NCBI GenBank assembly: GCA_013265495.1
Contig: MU058384.1
Location: forward strand, 433,622 to 497,621
DNA: 64,000 nt
Direction: 5' to 3'
From: Vicugna vicugna
Taxonomy: Eukaryota
In this document: piece by piece, positions 25,226-37,880 of the stretch
Layout: each line of letters starts with the position of its first letter
Position numbering within the stretch: position 1 is the stretch's first letter
Notes under the pieces: model-generated
The model's database searches: none
What the model saw: the letters and a program-made list of their open reading frames with translations, nothing else
What the model was told of the DNA's origin: nothing
Translations under genes and position numbers: made by a program

Positions 25226-26740
25226 CAGCTGGCTCCAAATCATCTCTTAGAATCTAAATCCTTTTAACAATGGTGGTGGGGGGAAGAAGAGGGAGTTGGG
25301 GGATGCCAAGAGTCGATGAGGGGAGAAGAAGCTATGTGAGGACAGCTAGGAGAAAGTAACAGACTTGTGCTTATGCTTTGCGTTTTCTGAAGTCACACCT
25401 CTCTGTCCTGTAATGAAATGCGCCAAGAGCAGTAACTGAGAGCAGCTTCTTTAACGGAACAGCAAAACACAATGCCGGAAGCCCTTTGATAGTACTCATT
25501 TTGCTTAACCATATTGGGCTCAAAGTCAGAAAGAAAAAAAAAAAAACAAAGAATTGAGAGGCAGCAATAATTTGTTGAGCCAGCACAAACTCTACCTGAG
25601 TGGAATGCTGTGGTCATCAGGTCTACCCTGCTGCCAGCAATTAAAAATTAACCTTGGCATTTTCAAAAAAGAAAGTAGCAATTCATATGCAGCTTCTTTC
25701 CTGCTTGACAATATGCCTAAAGAGCATCTGCTGTCTCAAGTCAAGACAGTTACACACAATGAACCTCTTTTGTGTGCAGTGTGCAGAGCGAGGTCATTAA
25801 CACACCTGCCAGAATAGGAGGGAGGGAAAAAAAATCCTTTCTCTTGGTGAACTCATTCATTCAAGACTTTCAGGTTCACAGTGCTGTCCTTTGAACACCC
25901 CAATTACCTCCTGTTGCCCTTACAAACAAGTGGTGTGAATTTTAATCAGCTGGAATGCAATCAAGGGCTGAAATAAATAGTGTTGTTAAATCATTTTTAC
26001 GGAGAAAAGCAACTCACATACCTATGCTATATGTATCTCTGGTTTTCACAAGGGTGGAATGCCCTTGCTGCGGACCGAAACAAACAGTGTTTTATTTTTG
26101 TTTCAACCTCTGTTGACTTTCCTCTGCATTCCTTTCCCCTCCTATGTTAGAGCCTCAGTTCTGAGAATAATTAGCAACACCCACTGGTGATAACAGGGCC
26201 ACAGCAACCTAACAGCGATATCTTGCCGGCACCAGCTGTGCTTCAGTATTTATTTATTAAGATCACAATATTTACTCAGTACGAACTTATTGAGATGGTG
26301 GGGGACTGAGCAATGCTCTAGCAGCAAAATTTCATCAGTATTTTTAAATGGAGAGGAAGAAACTTCTAGGCTATTTACTTCTCTGTATAGAAAATTCAAG
26401 CTTCTAATTCAATCCAGTTCTGTTTTCTGGCAGCAGTTTGGTATACAGACCCTGGAGAGACTGCAGGCAGGGCCTGCAGTGGCTGCTGCTGTGAAACCTG
26501 CTTGTCTGACACAGAGGGGATGCTTAGAGCTGCCACAGATGCAGGGAATGTCACAGCAAACACATCAGGCAGCTGGTTTCCAGTAGAGGTAATTCCAGTG
26601 GGTCCAGATCTGTGGCTGGACAATTTAGACATTTGCTCAGAATCCCTCTTGGCTTGAATTATTACATCTTTTTGTTTGTTCCCCTGCAAGGCTTTGTTAA
26701 CATGGTAGTGAGCAATATGTGTTGTGATGTTCATCAGCTG
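25226..26740. promoter_or_regulatory. Candidate enhancer (TEAD/E-box/TCF/CArG-like motif cluster)
   Basis: No recognisable repeats, higher GC than the flanks. Five GGAATG/CATTCC, five CAGCTG, two CTTTGAW, one CArG-like and one TGTGGT motif. Function is inferred only. Confidence 0.45.
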
Positions 26741-27478
26741 AGTGAGTTGCTATGTAAAATCCTAACTCAGAGTTTTTGATGTACAGGGGAAATTATGGAG
26801 CTTCAGTTTGGGGGAAAAAAGTGTAAAAGGTGTATTTTAGGCAAGAAGAAAATAACTGGCAAGAACAAAGAGTACACACATTTTTTTTTCAGTGTGTAGA
26901 AATTCCTGATCCTTCTGTCTTGAAGTTCCTCAAGGAAAAGTTGATTCCACTATTAAAATGTTAATATTGTTGGTCTATGGGCAGAAATCCTGATAGGATG
27001 GGAGGCATTTGGATTGTTCTTTTATCATAGTGAGTACAAGCAAACTGCCTGACTGATGCATTTTTATTTTCTCACATCCTAAACCTGAAGACAGATGTTT
27101 GTCACCAAGTCAGTTCAGTATGTTTAAAATCATTGGCTTAAATTTTGAAGTATTTTGAATATGGGGGCTTAAAGTATTTACATAGACTTGAAAAGTAATC
27201 ATTAAATCATATTAAATCTTAATATAAGAAGTAGTCGATCATTATTGAAGGAACTACAATCTTCAAAATTTAGCTTTGTTGACAAGTAATAATAATGATA
27301 GATTATTTCTACAATAGTTTCTATAATTGTTATATATCTAATTATAGCTGTTATATATTACAAAAATACATCATATATCAAATTATTTATAATTATGACC
27401 TAATTATAACTATATTTTATTATAAAACATATGATATATCTAAGTATTTACAATAATGTATATATGACTATATAATGA

Positions 27479-27580
27479 TTGTGTAAAGTAAACATTATTG
27501 ATTGATAAATCTTCCTTCAAAGACTTACAGATACTTGCAACTCTTTGAAGGAAGATTTATCTGACAATAATGTTACACAA
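27479..27580. repeat. Long inverted repeat / hairpin
   Basis: Perfect 20-bp arms 27504-27523 and 27542-27561, plus 10-bp arms 27491-27500 and 27565-27574, plus 6-bp arms 27479-27484 and 27575-27580. Confidence 0.95.
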
Positions 27581-28744
27581 GTTCATAAATTATAAAGTTA
27601 TTCACAAGAACTGGTTATTTTCATGCCAGCCTTAGCGTTTTTAAAAATTAGAAAGAGGATAATGCGGCTAGCTGTTCAACTGACATTTAATATTGTGTTG
27701 TCCGTATCACTTTATCTTTCATCAGTCTTATTGCTTTTATATTATTAAAATATCCCAGAATGATTTAATGTGAATAAGAAATCTAATTTTCTGTCCTATT
27801 TTAACTTTGTTTTAGAAAGCAAAAGAGCTTGGCTACTTTCTGGATGAACTTATTGGTAGAGTGAAATACACACACAGAGAAGTTCTCACAGCTTGATGAA
27901 TGTTTTCAGCCTGAGTACATCTGTGTTTCCAGGCCCAGATCAAGGAATGCATTAGCACTCGCACACAGAAACCCTCTGGGCCTCTCCCATGCACTGCCCA
28001 GGCCCGCAAGGTAACCACTGTACTGATTTATAAAGGCACAGATTGTTATTGGAGGATAAGTGAAACATCCACAAAATAAATAGATCACAACATTAACTTC
28101 CAGTTTAACATTGTTGCTATTCCAAATGTTAATGTGTAAAAATGATTACAGATAGCTAAAAAATTTACTTTGGATTTTAAGGGGAAGATCATTCATGCAT
28201 CTGAATAGCAACTGCTGAAAGGAGTAACTGCTGTGTTTATATTTAGAAAATAAAACAATCCTGGTCTGTCTTCACTTGGCTACAGGCGAATTCAGCAAGC
28301 TGGAACTTTACCACTGCCTCTGACAGTAATGGTACATTTTGGGTTGCCCTCAAGTTATTTACTTCAGATGTTACCGTGCAAGAAGTGTCCTTCAGTTCTA
28401 GAGAGAACAAATTGATGAGATGGGAATCTAAACACTGGCTAAAGCCAACACTGTCTCAGTCTTAGTTTTTTCAAGTTTCAAATGACTTTTAATTGTATGT
28501 TCAAAGATACTCAGGATTCTTTTATTCTCAAAAATAGGCAGGTTTGAAAAATTTTAATTAACGTTGAGTGATTAAATTCTCAAAAGTAAACCATGAAACA
28601 TTTTAAAATAGTGTTCATCTGGTGCTGGTTTAGGAAAGGTACTCATATGTACTTATGACTTTTTTAATGAAAAATTGAGCGTGTGGAACCATTTCTTACA
28701 TAGAAAACATAGTTCACCTATATGCAGAAAAAAATAGCTTCTAA

Positions 28745-28930
28745 TGTTGGGCTTTGGACCCTCCTATGTGCACGAATAGTGAACAAAACAAACAGAACCT
28801 CTACTCCTCATGGAACTTTCACTCTAGTGGTAGGCAACAAACAGCAAATCGATAAAGCCTAGAGCAGGTCCAAAAGTATGGACAAAAATAAGCAGCAAAG
28901 GGGGACAGGAAATATCAGGAAAATCTCTGT
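28745..28930 (-). mobile_element. L2 3' end fragment
   Basis: 'gaatagtgaacaaaacaaacagaacctctactcctcatggaactttcactctagtgg'. Confidence 0.75.
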
Positions 28931-30189
28931 ACTTAAAGAGAAGTGAAACAATACATGCACAGCACTGCCGGAGCTTATTTCAGCCAATGCCCTTGGCATG
29001 CGCTTTTCCCGGTCCTAGAAATGGGCCATGCTGTCACATTCAAACAACCAGAAACCTCACGTATTATGGGACAACTCAGTCTGTTAGATTTTTATAAGAG
29101 ACTTCCATTTGGAAACTGTAGACATAGACTATCAGCATTAGAAAAATTCCTTGGGCACTAAGGCCTCAATAAGCCCCCAGCAACTCTGCGACACAAGCAG
29201 TCTCCAAAATACAGCTTTACCAGTTGGTATCTCAGCAGTTTTAAGTTTATCTCCGACAGGGGGACTTGACTTGACTTACTGATGGACCATACATTGCCCA
29301 TTCAAAATCAGCTAATATTTGCTTCTTTTACACCATATAAGCATTGTATTATATTATGGTGTTATATATTAAGCATAAATAACCATTTCTTAAAGGGTTG
29401 CCAGAATCTCCAAGCACATGAAGCTAAAATTAATCTTGACCCCAACAACTAATACATGGTGTATACCTGTTATTTTTTGCTTGCCAACTAGGATAAAATA
29501 TAGACAATTTTGTTTAGAAAAGATTTTCACCATGTGAGGGGCTGTTAGTGAAAGAGAGAGCAATGTATCCAAGGTCAGAGGTCACTGTGACTCAATGGCG
29601 ATTAATGTGTTTGGTCTACTTTTAGTTCTTTAGATTCCATGCAATGTATTTGCTTTGAATGGTTATAGCTGCATATCGTTATGCATGTTTATAATGAGCT
29701 GTGAAGTCCTGATAGGCTAAAGAAGGGAAAATTTTGATAGAGAAAACACATTAGGCATGTAGGAATTCTCAGGGAGGGAGTATTGGAAGGAAAAAAGAAA
29801 GTTAAATAGAGAAATGAAAATGCCCCCTCCTCCTGAGACGCCCTCATTACAATGGTATATTACTCAGAGCTGTAGATTTGTTTGCATTACAATGATTAGG
29901 TACTGGTTTTATTTTTTTCCTACTCCAAGGTAAATTGCTCAAAGGCAAGCTATAATATTATTGTTTTATTCTCTGTATTTGGAGTAGAATGATTTGAATG
30001 TTAACCATTGCTTCATACAGATTTATTGGGTGAATAATGTCTATGACACTCCCTTTAAAGGAAAACATTGTTTATTACTATCTTTTTAAAAATCAGCTAC
30101 CATAAAATATATCCCCCCCCCCCCAAAAAAAGAACTATAGGTTTGTTTTTTAAACTGTGTTATCTACCTGGTCTGGGATACCTGAAGAA

Positions 30190-30880
30190 AAAATATAAAA
30201 CTATCTCCAGTTACTTTTACCTCTAGGGTGCCTGTTAAATAAGCAAACATAAATCTGGAAAGCCACTCTCTCATTCTCATCTAGACAGAATTCCCATGGC
30301 TAAAGCCTTAAGAAATATGAAACTACATTTTAAAATTATAAAACACATAAAGAAATGATCCATTACAAGCAAGGCTCAGCAGTAACCATAAACATTAGAA
30401 CAAAATACCAAAAAAAAAACTCAGTTAATAAAATCATAGGTGTGAACCATAAATGCATAAGCTTAAAATTATCATAGACATCAAAAATACATCAAAACAA
30501 CAATTTAACAAAGTAGTTTAAAAAGTGCCAAATAAATGTATTTTGGAAATAAAGATCCGCATGAAAAGAAATTAAAGCAATTAATTATATATATATATTA
30601 TAGAAGTTATTAAATAAAGAAAAGAAATTAAGAAATTAAAATATATATATTATAGACGTTTCAAAAATGAAGGATAAGATTAGAATGTACAAAATATGTC
30701 AACCAAATATTCTAGAAATAGCAATGAAAGACACTGAAGGAGAGGCAGTCTTCAAAATAATAAGACTGAGAAATCTCCAAACCTAATGGAAGTCATGAAT
30801 CGTCAAATACAGGTATTGTAATGGTTCTCAACCAGAATAAAAAAAAATATTTCAAACGTACACATTGCTCTAAATTAAAT
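30190..30880 (+). mobile_element. Old L1M/HAL1 ORF1-like fragment
   Basis: 'gaaggagaggcagtcttcaaaataataagactgagaaatctccaaacctaatggaagtcatgaatc'. Confidence 0.55.
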
Positions 30881-30885
30881 GTTCG

Positions 30886-31122
30886 TGGGACTGGTGCCCT
30901 TATAAAAGAGATACTGGAGGGTTCCTCCACCCGTTTTGCAACATGACACATGCAAAAAGACAGCTATCTATGAACCAGGAAGGGGGCCGTCTCCAGACAC
31001 TGAATCTGCCAGGGCCTTGATCTTGGACTTCACAACCTCCAGAACTATGAGAAGTACATTTCTGTTTGTAAGCTACCCAGTGGATGGTACTTTTTAAACT
31101 AGCAGCCTGAGTAACTAAGACA
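30886..31122 (+). mobile_element. MaLR LTR 3' portion, MLT1A-like
   Basis: 'ccagacactgaatctgccagggccttgatcttggacttcacaacctccagaactatgaga' and terminus 'gcagcctgagtaactaagaca'. Confidence 0.85.
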
Positions 31123-31379
31123 GACAATTCTTGGTACAATTTAGGTTATCAATGTTAAATTTAAGTGCTAATTGTACCCTCAGTTAAGAAACATATTGTT
31201 CACAAAGAAACAGTTGGATTGACACTAGATTCTGCAATAGGAGAAATAGTTTTCTGTGCATATGTTTTCAATAAAGAACTTCCAGATGCTAAATTTCAGG
31301 AACTAGAAAATTGACCAGAAATAATAAATGAAATTCAAACCAGAATATGTAAACAAAACTGATGTTAAACTGCAGCTAA

Positions 31380-33800
31380 TTGAGTTTGCTTCCATTTAGA
31401 TATGGAAAGCCAAGGAAACATTGTTCCCATTCTAACAAGGAGAAAGGACTGGATAATCTACAGAACCCTAACTTGCCTTCAGTCTATCAGGGAGCTAAGG
31501 TCACAAGACAGCCAAGTGAACTAAATCCCAAAGATGGGGCATATGGTTTCACTGTGGGAGCGTGTTAGAGGAAGAGGTGAGTCGCCAGCAAAAGCTGGTA
31601 GAAAGGAAACAGCTAAAATTTGAATAAATTTCTAAAAGCTGAATGTGGCACACTGTGAAGGTTTAGCACTTCCGTGAACCCCAGACAGAAAAGTCCATGC
31701 TCACTCACCAGCATGAGCCTCCACTAGGTGCTCCTGAGAAAGGTCAAGTTCAGGGCAGAACACCTCAGAGTGCTCCCCTCAGTGGCACACATGCAAGAAA
31801 CCCCTCCCACCTCCTACACCCTTGTTATATGTTAATCAAGAGCTGGAAGCTGTTGGATGAGGAATACAAACCCCTCCTGCCTCAAAGCCCAGATGCTGCA
31901 TTTGAGGGACTGAGGGATAAGTACAAGAACAGCTTTTTTCTTCTGCCTGCGGGATGAGAATACCTGCCAGGGGACAGAACACTCCAACAACATTAAGGAG
32001 ATGTCTGCTCCTGCTGGGGTGAGGCACACAACTTCCTTCTGCTCCCAAAATACAAGGCAGAGTTCAGACACTATACAGGGCAGTAATGCTAACAAAGATT
32101 CACTTCAAAAACCAAGCACACATCAGTTGCATAAAGTAGGCTGGTGAAGAAGAACTGAGAACCTCTCTCTCATGGGTAGAATTGTATCCCTCAAATGATA
32201 TTTTGAAGTCCTAATAAACTCGTCCCTTCAGTACCTTATTTGTAGGAATGTTATCTTATTTAAAAATAGGTAAATATAAATTTGCAGATGTAATCAACTT
32301 AGGGGAGATCACTAGGGTAGACCACAATCCCATATTACTGGTGTCTTTATAAGATGAGGAGACAAGGACAGAGACACACGGGAAGAATGCCATGTGATGA
32401 TGGAGGCACAAGCCACAGTGATGCATCTACAAGCTGAGGCAGTTCAAGAGTTGCTGGCAACACCATAAGCTAAGAGAAAAGCATGGAACAGATTCTCCCA
32501 GAGAGCTTTAGAGAAAGCATGCATGGCTCTGCTAACACTTTGATTTCAGACTGCTAGCCTCTAGTACTGTGAAAGAATATATACCTTTTGTTTTAAGCCA
32601 CCCATTATGTAGTACTTTGTTACAGCAGTCCAGGGAATTAAATGCATTTTCCTGCATCCCCTACAAGAATCACCGTGAGTAACAATCAAGAACGGTCTGG
32701 TGGAGGAAGGAGCGTAATACTGAAAAGCGCCCTTAGCTTAGTCCTTAACTCTAGATGCCACACTAACCACAGGGTAGCAATTGCACACAGCTGGAAAAAA
32801 TGGAAGCAAGTGTGTGCTGAAGATGATTACAGCAACATCAAAAGTCAAACCAGCTTAACTCCTTACTAGACTAACTCAATCCCCTAAAGTAACAGGATGG
32901 CAGAAGATGAAGTGTGCCCATTCTGGCCATGAATACTATTTACCTCTGTCTCAACTGTTTTTGCACATAGTGTCTATCATTGAATCGAAAATGATGAGAC
33001 ACACAAAAAAGCAAGTGAGGAAAACACTCATTAATAAGAGATAAAGCAGACAGCAGAACAGCCACAGAGATTATCTAGACTTGGAAATATCTGACAGAGA
33101 CTGTGAAATGACTTTGGTAAATATGTAAAAAGTTCTATTGGAAAAGGTGGACAGCATGTATAAACAGGGACTTCACCCGAAAGATAGAAAATAGAAAATA
33201 TACATTTTAATAGGTAAAATGTACATGGTAGAAATAAAAGGACATTATTGAAGGTGAAGAATTCTTTTGACAGACTAGCAGACTTATGGCAGAGAAAAGA
33301 ATCATTAAAGACAGAACACCAGAAATCATCCAAACTGAAATGCAAAGGAAAAGAGAAAAATCTAAAACAAGACAAACACTGAGAACAGAGCACCTGATAG
33401 CTGTTGTGTAATATCAAACGGTCTAGTATATATGTAATTTAAATCCTGGAAGTGAAAAAGAAGGAGAAGGACAAATATTTGAAGAAATGACTGAGAACTT
33501 CCCAAAATTAATAGCAGACAACAAACTATGAATCCAAGAAGTTGAGAGTATCCCCAAAAGGACGTACACAAATAAAAACACACCTGGGCATATTATAAAA
33601 TGCTGAAAACTGAAAACAGGGACAAATCTTCAAGACAGAGAGCCAGGAGAAGTTCTGAATGATAGCTTTCTCATCAAATACCATACAAGCCAGAAGAAAA
33701 CAAAGCTACATTGTAAAAATACGGAAAGAAGAAGAAAAAAATGTTATCCTATAATCTATACCCAGTAGAATTATCTTACAGATGGTGGGTAAATATGAGC
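31380..33800 (+). mobile_element. L1M 5' UTR and ORF1 remnant, interrupted by an MLT1C LTR
   Basis: ORF1-like 'aaatatttgaagaaatgactgagaacttcccaaaattaat', 'acacctgggcatattataaaatgctgaaaac', 'ccatacaagccagaagaaaac'. Confidence 0.7.
32168..32646 (+). mobile_element. MaLR solo LTR, MLT1C-like
   Basis: 'atgggtagaattgtatccctcaaa', 'ctggtgtctttataaga', 'gcatggaacagattctccc', 'gtactttgttacagcagtccagggaattaaatgca'. Confidence 0.9.
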
Positions 33801-34149
33801 GATCACTTACTAGTAAAACAATATAATAGTGACTAATACAGAATGCATTAAATGTGCAGCTTTTTATTTTAATGTAGCAATTAAAATAATAAAAATGTAG
33901 AATGTTAAACTGATTTATTAATTAAGCTAATACTGGAATGTGATGAAGGGAAACAAAAAATGTGTTGCAAGTACCAATATGTCAGCGCCTCAGTAATTTT
34001 AAACAGTCCATCTCACAATATAAAAGACAAATTATGAAAATAATTTTTTAAATGTTCAGCTATGTTGTTTTCAAAAGACATATGGCAAAGCAATATCTGA
34101 CAAAAGTTAAAAGTAGATACCTTACAACCTAAGATGTTACAGTATATAT

Positions 34150-35175
34150 GTCTGTAATAATGTAAGTTATTGAATAAATAAGTGAGGGAGAATAGACAAG
34201 TCTTCCTTAGAGAAGAATTCCAAATAATATATATAGCTGCGTTTCTCTCTTGTTGGAGCTTAATCCCTCCCCCTTGTGTGGGCTGGACTTCACAACTTGC
34301 TCCAAAGTACAGAGAATAGAAAGGGAAAAATAAAGCAGTATTCTTACCTGTGCAGTGTAGAAAACTGGCAAACATGTCATTAACCAAGTGACCAAGGTTA
34401 TATTGCCACTGATAAATTATGTTGACATCAGGTCCTCCCTGATGGGATATGACAAGAATAACGCTTAATCTCTGTAGTCTTCCTTCCCAAAACCCATCCC
34501 ATTTTAAGCCTAGTCATGAGACCAACATTAAATGAACAGTCGTTGAGGGACATTCTACGAATATCTGAACAATATCCTTCAGTACTCCCATCATTATGAA
34601 CTACAAGGAAATCTTGAGCAACTGTCACAGACCAAAGGAGATGAAGGAAACATGATGACTAAGCACGTGGTATCCTGGAAAGGACAGTAGTGGGAAACTG
34701 GCAGAACCAAAATAACATCTGGAGTTTAGTTCATACAAATGTATCAAAGTTTTTTTGCTGTTTTGTGGTTTTTAGGTTTTCTTTTCTTTTTGTTTGTTTG
34801 TTTGCTTAGTTTTGACAAATGTGCCTCAGTTATGTAAGATGCTAACATTAGGAGAAACTGGGTGAGGGATACGGGAACAATCTTTGCAACATTTTTGTAA
34901 ATCTAATTTTTTGTTTGTTTTTGTTTGTTTTGGAAGGGGTGGAGGTAACTAGGTTTATCTATTTATTTTTATTTTTTAATAAATATTTAATTTATTTATT
35001 ATTGTATTATTTAATTATTTTACTTTGCAAGGCAGGGGAGGTTATTAGGTTTATTTATTTTCAGAGGAGGTACAGGGGATGGAACCCAGGACCTTGTGCG
35101 TGCTAAGCATGTGCTCTGCCACTTGAGCTATACCCTCCTCCCTGTAAATCTAATTTTAACTTTTTAAAAAAAGTT
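34150..35175 (+). mobile_element. L1MC/L1MD-type 3' UTR, interrupted by a SINE
   Basis: 'agaagaattccaaataatat', 'gaaaactggcaaacatgtcattaaccaagtgaccaaggtta', 'aagatgctaacattaggagaaactgggtgaggg', 'tctttgcaacatttttgtaaatctaa'. Confidence 0.8.
34911..35142 (-). mobile_element. tRNA-Ala-derived SINE, camelid Vic-1-like, with 15-bp TSD
   Basis: The minus strand begins GGGAGGAGGGTATAGCTCAAGTGGCAGAGC (A box) and contains GGTTCCATCCC (B box) and an A-rich tail. TSD tgtaaatctaatttt at 34896-34910 and 35143-35157. Confidence 0.9.
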
Positions 35176-37727
35176 TACTAAAAATAAGAAAGTTGATAGA
35201 AATTTAGTATCACACAAAACAGATAGGAAGAAAAAATATTTTAGGTAAAGAGTGTTAATATCTAACAATAAAAGTAGCAATTCACTAGAAGTATGTTATT
35301 GTTTATATATATATAAAGATAAGAAGACTTCAAAATATTTAAAGGAAATATAGACAGATTATAAAATGATACTTCCAATGAAACTATTAATTATCAATGT
35401 AGCTTTCAACAAATAACTCAAGTAGACAAAAAGAAATACAAGAAGATAGAAAACTTCAACTTCAACACTTGTCCTTATGGGTGTTAGTGGATCACAGTAT
35501 AAAATAATGAGTGTACCTTTCCTACTACACACAGGAAGCATTTACAATAGTTGACTATTTTACATTCAGGTCACAAAGCAAGTAAAAAAGAGTCAGAATG
35601 GAAATTAAGTTTTAATGAGAACTGAGAAATAAAGAAAACATTGTATCTCTAATTTCTAGGATACAGCAAAAGTCTGACTGAGATATATTACCTATACAAG
35701 CGAAAAAACCCAAAACTACTAGCTTGAGTTGTGTGACACTTCTCAGTCTTTCCATCTTACAGGTGATAGAGCACCTTAATTTAATGTATTAAAAGCTCTG
35801 AACCTATTTTTTTTAAATATAATTAACGCAGCATTTCTCAAATGTTTTCCAAACAAAGGAAACCTCTCTTTCACAGGGCATCTGACAACTTCCCACAAAG
35901 GGAGTGTTCTGTGGCACACCTGGGGAAAATCAGTCTTTAAGTATATTATTTTCTCAGTTTATAGCAGCAAATGACTAATATTGTGTACTTAATAAGTGTA
36001 CTCCATTATACATATATACGTATAATATATATAAATCTCATAGAGACACTCAAGCTATCTACCTACACCCTCAGGTAGGCTCCAAATAGCAGGCTGAGGT
36101 ACAATTATGGCTCAATAAGTAGAACAAAGCCTTTGTTAGTCATGCCAGCTGGCCATGGTGAATTACAACAAGGGCTATGTAATATGCCTGGGAAGTATAA
36201 AAATGTACTTACAGTGTTCTCATTTGTGCCACTGCAGGAGAACAGAATTTGTCTTTCAGTAAGTATTTGTACAAATGGAGTTCTTTCCATGTGGACCATT
36301 ACGTTCTATGCTCTACTAAAAAATATTTAGAAAATTTTATATAACTAAAATATAATTGGTGTAAATAAATTAGTATGTGGAAGGCTATGCTACATATTTT
36401 TCATTCTAATAAACTTAAAGTTAAAATATTGGACTGATGAGAAAATGTTTGTCAGCTGAACACAAATTGAAAAGTTTTCATTATGGAAACTTAATAGAAA
36501 TTTTTCTGTATTTTTGAATGTTCACCTAGGTAAGTTAGTAATTTTTCATTATGTTTCACTGATGTAATAAGACATTCTGTATGATGGAATCTAAAATAGT
36601 TGGCTTTGATCCCAAGAAAATTATCTATTGTAACTGAATTGTGGTTGGCTCACATGTTAAAAACACTTAGTTTAGGAAGTAAGTGGTAAAACACAAATGT
36701 AATGTTTAATACTAAGAATTCACTCCTTGCTTTAAATACTAGATTCTTTGGTTGAAACTAGATGGTAACATGGTTAGATAGAATGAATCAGGCATCTTAA
36801 TGATCAAGTCAGACTACTTGGCCAATGAAATACAAATATATAGTAAGAATTTCTAAGTAAACTTTACCCATTTTCATTTAATTTGTACAATATCAATTTC
36901 ACCTCTTAGAGAAGTAAGGAGGAAGCTTTGCTGATGCCTCACATTAATACTCATAGTAATACATCAATACACATATTAACTTAAATGTTTCTCTTCTTTA
37001 AAAACTTACATTGAAATTCCAACTAGACTATGCCGTATGTAAATATCAAACAGAAAAGATTGCTAGTGAGACATTTTTACAGAAAGCTGGGAATTTACAT
37101 ACAATATTAGTATTCATATAAAAATTTTAGTAAACAAATTAAAATGTCTATTCAAACAGAAAACCATTTTAGAGTTACAGATGAGTTGGAATCTAACAGT
37201 TCCAAAACTATTTTGTAGTCTATCTGCATAATGTCGTGTATGTTCTTAACTATAATTATTTAATTGACTCTTCATAATTATAGTTTAGAATGTAGTTCAA
37301 TTATTAAAAGTTTTATATTCGAAATATTTTATTCAAGACATTATAAAGATCTGTTTGGCTTCTGTTCTAATGGACATTATGTCTGCATCCAGCATTTTCA
37401 TTTATTAAGTCCTGACACCTTCTCTCATTTGAATGATGTTATTAGCTATTTTAAATGAAGTAAATGTTCTTCAAAGCATTATAAATTACTCTTTAAGTAT
37501 CTGATAATGTGTTTAAATGGGCAACACACCAACAAAGTCTTGGAGAATCAATAATCAAGCTTAATTCAATCTACTACAGCGCTGTTAGCCAGTATACCAT
37601 TTAAAAATTTAAGAGTATTTAAACTACTGAGAAATTTCCTGGCATTTTAATAGACCATTTTATAATAATCTTTTATTCCCTTATATGAAGCAATCACCAC
37701 TGCTAACAGAATCAGTTCAATACTCAT

Positions 37728-37880
37728 TGTTTTTTTCTTTTCTTTTTTTTCTTTCCTTTTCTTCCTTTCTTTTCTTTTTTTTCTTTTTCTTTTTTCCCCT
37801 TTCTTCCTTTCCTTTCTTTCTTTCTTTCCTCCCTCCTTCCCTTCTTTTGTTTTTGTTTTATTTATATTTTGTTTCCTTTT
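37728..37880. repeat. Polypyrimidine low-complexity tract, (TTTC)n/(TTCC)n
   Basis: Read directly. It accounts for the K/E/R-rich and F-rich ORFs at 37647-37907. Confidence 0.95.

Noticed and set aside
30113..30131. C-run plus A-run as a SINE tail stub
   Set aside because: No convincing TSD; simple homopolymers explain it.
35065..35140. tRNA-Ala gene
   Set aside because: It is the head of a SINE with an A-rich tail and a TSD, and the cloverleaf is degenerate.
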